From assembly GCA_015063525.1 (NCBI GenBank), contig SVTZ01000002.1, positions 1 through 50,564 on the forward strand: DNA of 50,564 nucleotides, given 5' to 3'. Source of the stretch: Oscillospiraceae bacterium. GTDB taxonomy: Bacteria; Bacillota; Clostridia; Oscillospirales; CAG-272. This document shows positions 49,071-50,564 of this stretch, piece by piece. Position numbers and translations under genes: made by a program. The number at the start of each line of letters is the position of its first letter. The stretch's first letter is position 1. A model generated the notes under the pieces. That model was not told the origin of the DNA. It ran no database searches and worked only from the letters and a program-made list of their open reading frames with translations.

Positions 49071-50564
49071 TTAATAGAGACCGATGCACTTGAGCATGTA
49101 ACCGCCAAGGAACATGGTGTCAAGGTATGTCGAAGGATCACCGTAGTCAGGACCCCAACCGGAGTTATCCATAAGGTTGAAGTTCATGTCGTCTCCTGCC
49201 AAAGGATAATAGGTAGCGTAGTACCAGTTAAGAGCATTTTCACCGCCGCACTTAACAAGAACGATGTCAACGAGACCTTCGGTAGAAGCCTCGATGGACT
49301 GCTCAAGAGCAGCTGCGCGGTTGGTGTAAATATCGCTTACGTCATAGTAAGGAATTTCAAGCTTAAGAGGATTCTCCTTGGTGATCTCAACGTTCTGAGC
49401 CTTGAGCTCGGTAACAGCCTTAGCAAGAAGCTCACGGCAGTACTCAACGTTGTACCAACCGTCGAAGCCGAAGGAAGCGCCGATGCCGCCGTCAGCGGTG
49501 GGATCCCAAACGGTAACCTTAACGCCGTCTGCGTCAAGCTGATCCTGCATGATCTTACCGTAGAATGTACCTGCTGCATAGGTCTTGTCAACGCCGTTGA
49601 TCTTAACGGTTACTTCTTCTTCAAGCTTAACGAAGTTACCGGGAGTGTAGGAGTTAACGAGAGAAGCAAGCTTGAGGTCGTCGCCAACGGTAGTTGCGTT
49701 GTAAGCACCTCTGTCAAGAGAGGTTGTAAGAGCAAGACGGAAGTTCTTGTTCTGCATAGCAAGGTTAGCTCTAACCTTATCGAGATCGCTGAGAGTGGTG
49801 GGAGCTACGGACTCGTCGTTGTAGTTACCGTACTGTGCACGGTAAACGTTCATGAATACGGGGAAGGAGGTAGCGTCGGTACCGGAAACGTAAGCGTACT
49901 GATCGAACCAGCCGTCTTCCTTTGCCTTTGCAGCTGCGTCTGAGTTAAGACCTGAGCCTGCGAAGGTACCGTCCTTCATGAAGTCATAGCTTTCGGTTGC
50001 GTTCTTACCTGCAAGGAACTTCCAGGTGAGAGTCTTGATCTGAACCTTCTCGGTGTTCCAATATGCGTTATTAGCCTCGAAAACGATAGTGTTCTCAGCA
50101 ACTGCGCTCTTTACAAGGTAGGGACCGCAGTAAGCGATGTTCTCGTGAGAGGTACCGTAGAGATAATTTTCAGCATCAGCAGAAGCCTCTGCAAATGCAT
50201 CAACGCCGAACACACCACCCTTGGACTCGAAGAATGCCTTGGAGATGGGAGCGAATACGTTGTAGCCAAGCATAGTGGTGAAGTAAGAGGTGGGAGCCTC
50301 AAGAGTGTACTGAAGAGTGTAATCGTCAACTGCCTTTACACCAACCTGAGCGAAATCGGTGATATCGCCTGCAAGGTACTCATCAGCACCCTTAACTACG
50401 CCCTGAACGAGGTACTCAAGACCGCCTGCAGCGTCCATCATGTGCTGGAAGCCTGCAACGAAGCTGTGAGCAGTAACAGGCTCAATTACCTTACCCTGGT
50501 AGTCAACCCAGTTAACGCCCTCACGAATCTTGAAGGTGTAAACGGTGCCGTCCTCGGAAACGGT
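49071..50564 (-). CDS. oppA: Oligopeptide/dipeptide-type ABC substrate-binding protein (SBP family 5, OppA-like); 5' end outside the window
   Basis: The frame stays open to the window edge (..TVSEDGTVYTFKIREGVNWVDYQGKVIEPVTAHSFVAGFQHMMDAAGG..), which is the typical family-5 N-lobe block. The track Met at 50441 is internal. Confidence 0.85.
   Translation of the reverse strand, partial: TVSEDGTVYTFKIREGVNWVDYQGKVIEPVTAHSFVAGFQHMMDAAGGLEYLVQGVVKGADEYLAGDITDFAQVGVKAVDDYTLQYTLEAPTSYFTTMLGYNVFAPISKAFFESKGGVFGVDAFAEASADAENYLYGTSHENIAYCGPYLVKSAVAENTIVFEANNAYWNTEKVQIKTLTWKFLAGKNATESYDFMKDGTFAGSGLNSDAAAKAKEDGWFDQYAYVSGTDATSFPVFMNVYRAQYGNYNDESVAPTTLSDLDKVRANLAMQNKNFRLALTTSLDRGAYNATTVGDDLKLASLVNSYTPGNFVKLEEEVTVKINGVDKTYAAGTFYGKIMQDQLDADGVKVTVWDPTADGGIGASFGFDGWYNVEYCRELLAKAVTELKAQNVEITKENPLKLEIPYYDVSDIYTNRAAALEQSIEASTEGLVDIVLVKCGGENALNWYYATYYPLAGDDMNFNLMDNSGWGPDYGDPSTYLDTMFLGGYMLKCIGLY

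Noticed and set aside
1-50564. Mobile genetic element, prophage, or defence/toxin-antitoxin island.
   Set aside because: I recognised no integrase, transposase, recombinase, phage structural, restriction-modification, Cas, Abi or toxin-antitoxin signatures in any frame. No tRNA att-type boundaries or long inverted or direct terminal repeats are present.

Overview
This 50.6 kb window carries about 40 densely packed genes in standard code 11. By inference from gene content and repeat families, it comes from a Gram-positive, plant-polysaccharide-degrading anaerobe (Clostridia-like). I saw no rRNA, tRNA, CRISPR array, transposase, integrase or prophage gene. Ordered content: a 1117-aa MMPL/RND-type transporter; ktrB-ktrA potassium uptake; a CrtI-like FAD oxidoreductase; a membrane-anchored cyclophilin; a secreted PL1-type pectate lyase; trxA. 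Next is an operon with a perfect consensus promoter encoding a secreted Cys-motif protein, a 42-aa acidic peptide, an HPr-kinase-like protein, a PqqD/RRE protein, a soluble Ser/His S24/S26-type peptidase and an NTP_transf_5 nucleotidyltransferase. Then come pullulanase and malQ; two tandem NrnA-like DHH phosphoesterases plus surE; and a minus-strand locus of RDD protein, CUT1-type ABC importer, SNase lipoprotein, OB-repeat lipoprotein and barnase/RNase Sa-type lipoprotein. An ORF-free gap of about 0.8 kb follows, then a 1149-aa beta-helix protein with a prepilin (class III) signal and an Ig-like partner, a flavin reductase behind an unusual repeat array, and an atypical opp operon. That operon has an expanded OppB loop, a roughly 235-aa insert in OppD, a membrane-anchored OppF and a coupled ApbE-like gene; oppA runs off the window edge. 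The best novelty candidate is the peptide/HPrK-like/PqqD/peptidase/nucleotidyltransferase cassette at 13626-16466. It resembles the tailoring half of phosphorylated lasso-peptide clusters but has no lasso cyclase or B2 protease in the window. All family calls rest on motifs read by eye from the translations; no database search was run.
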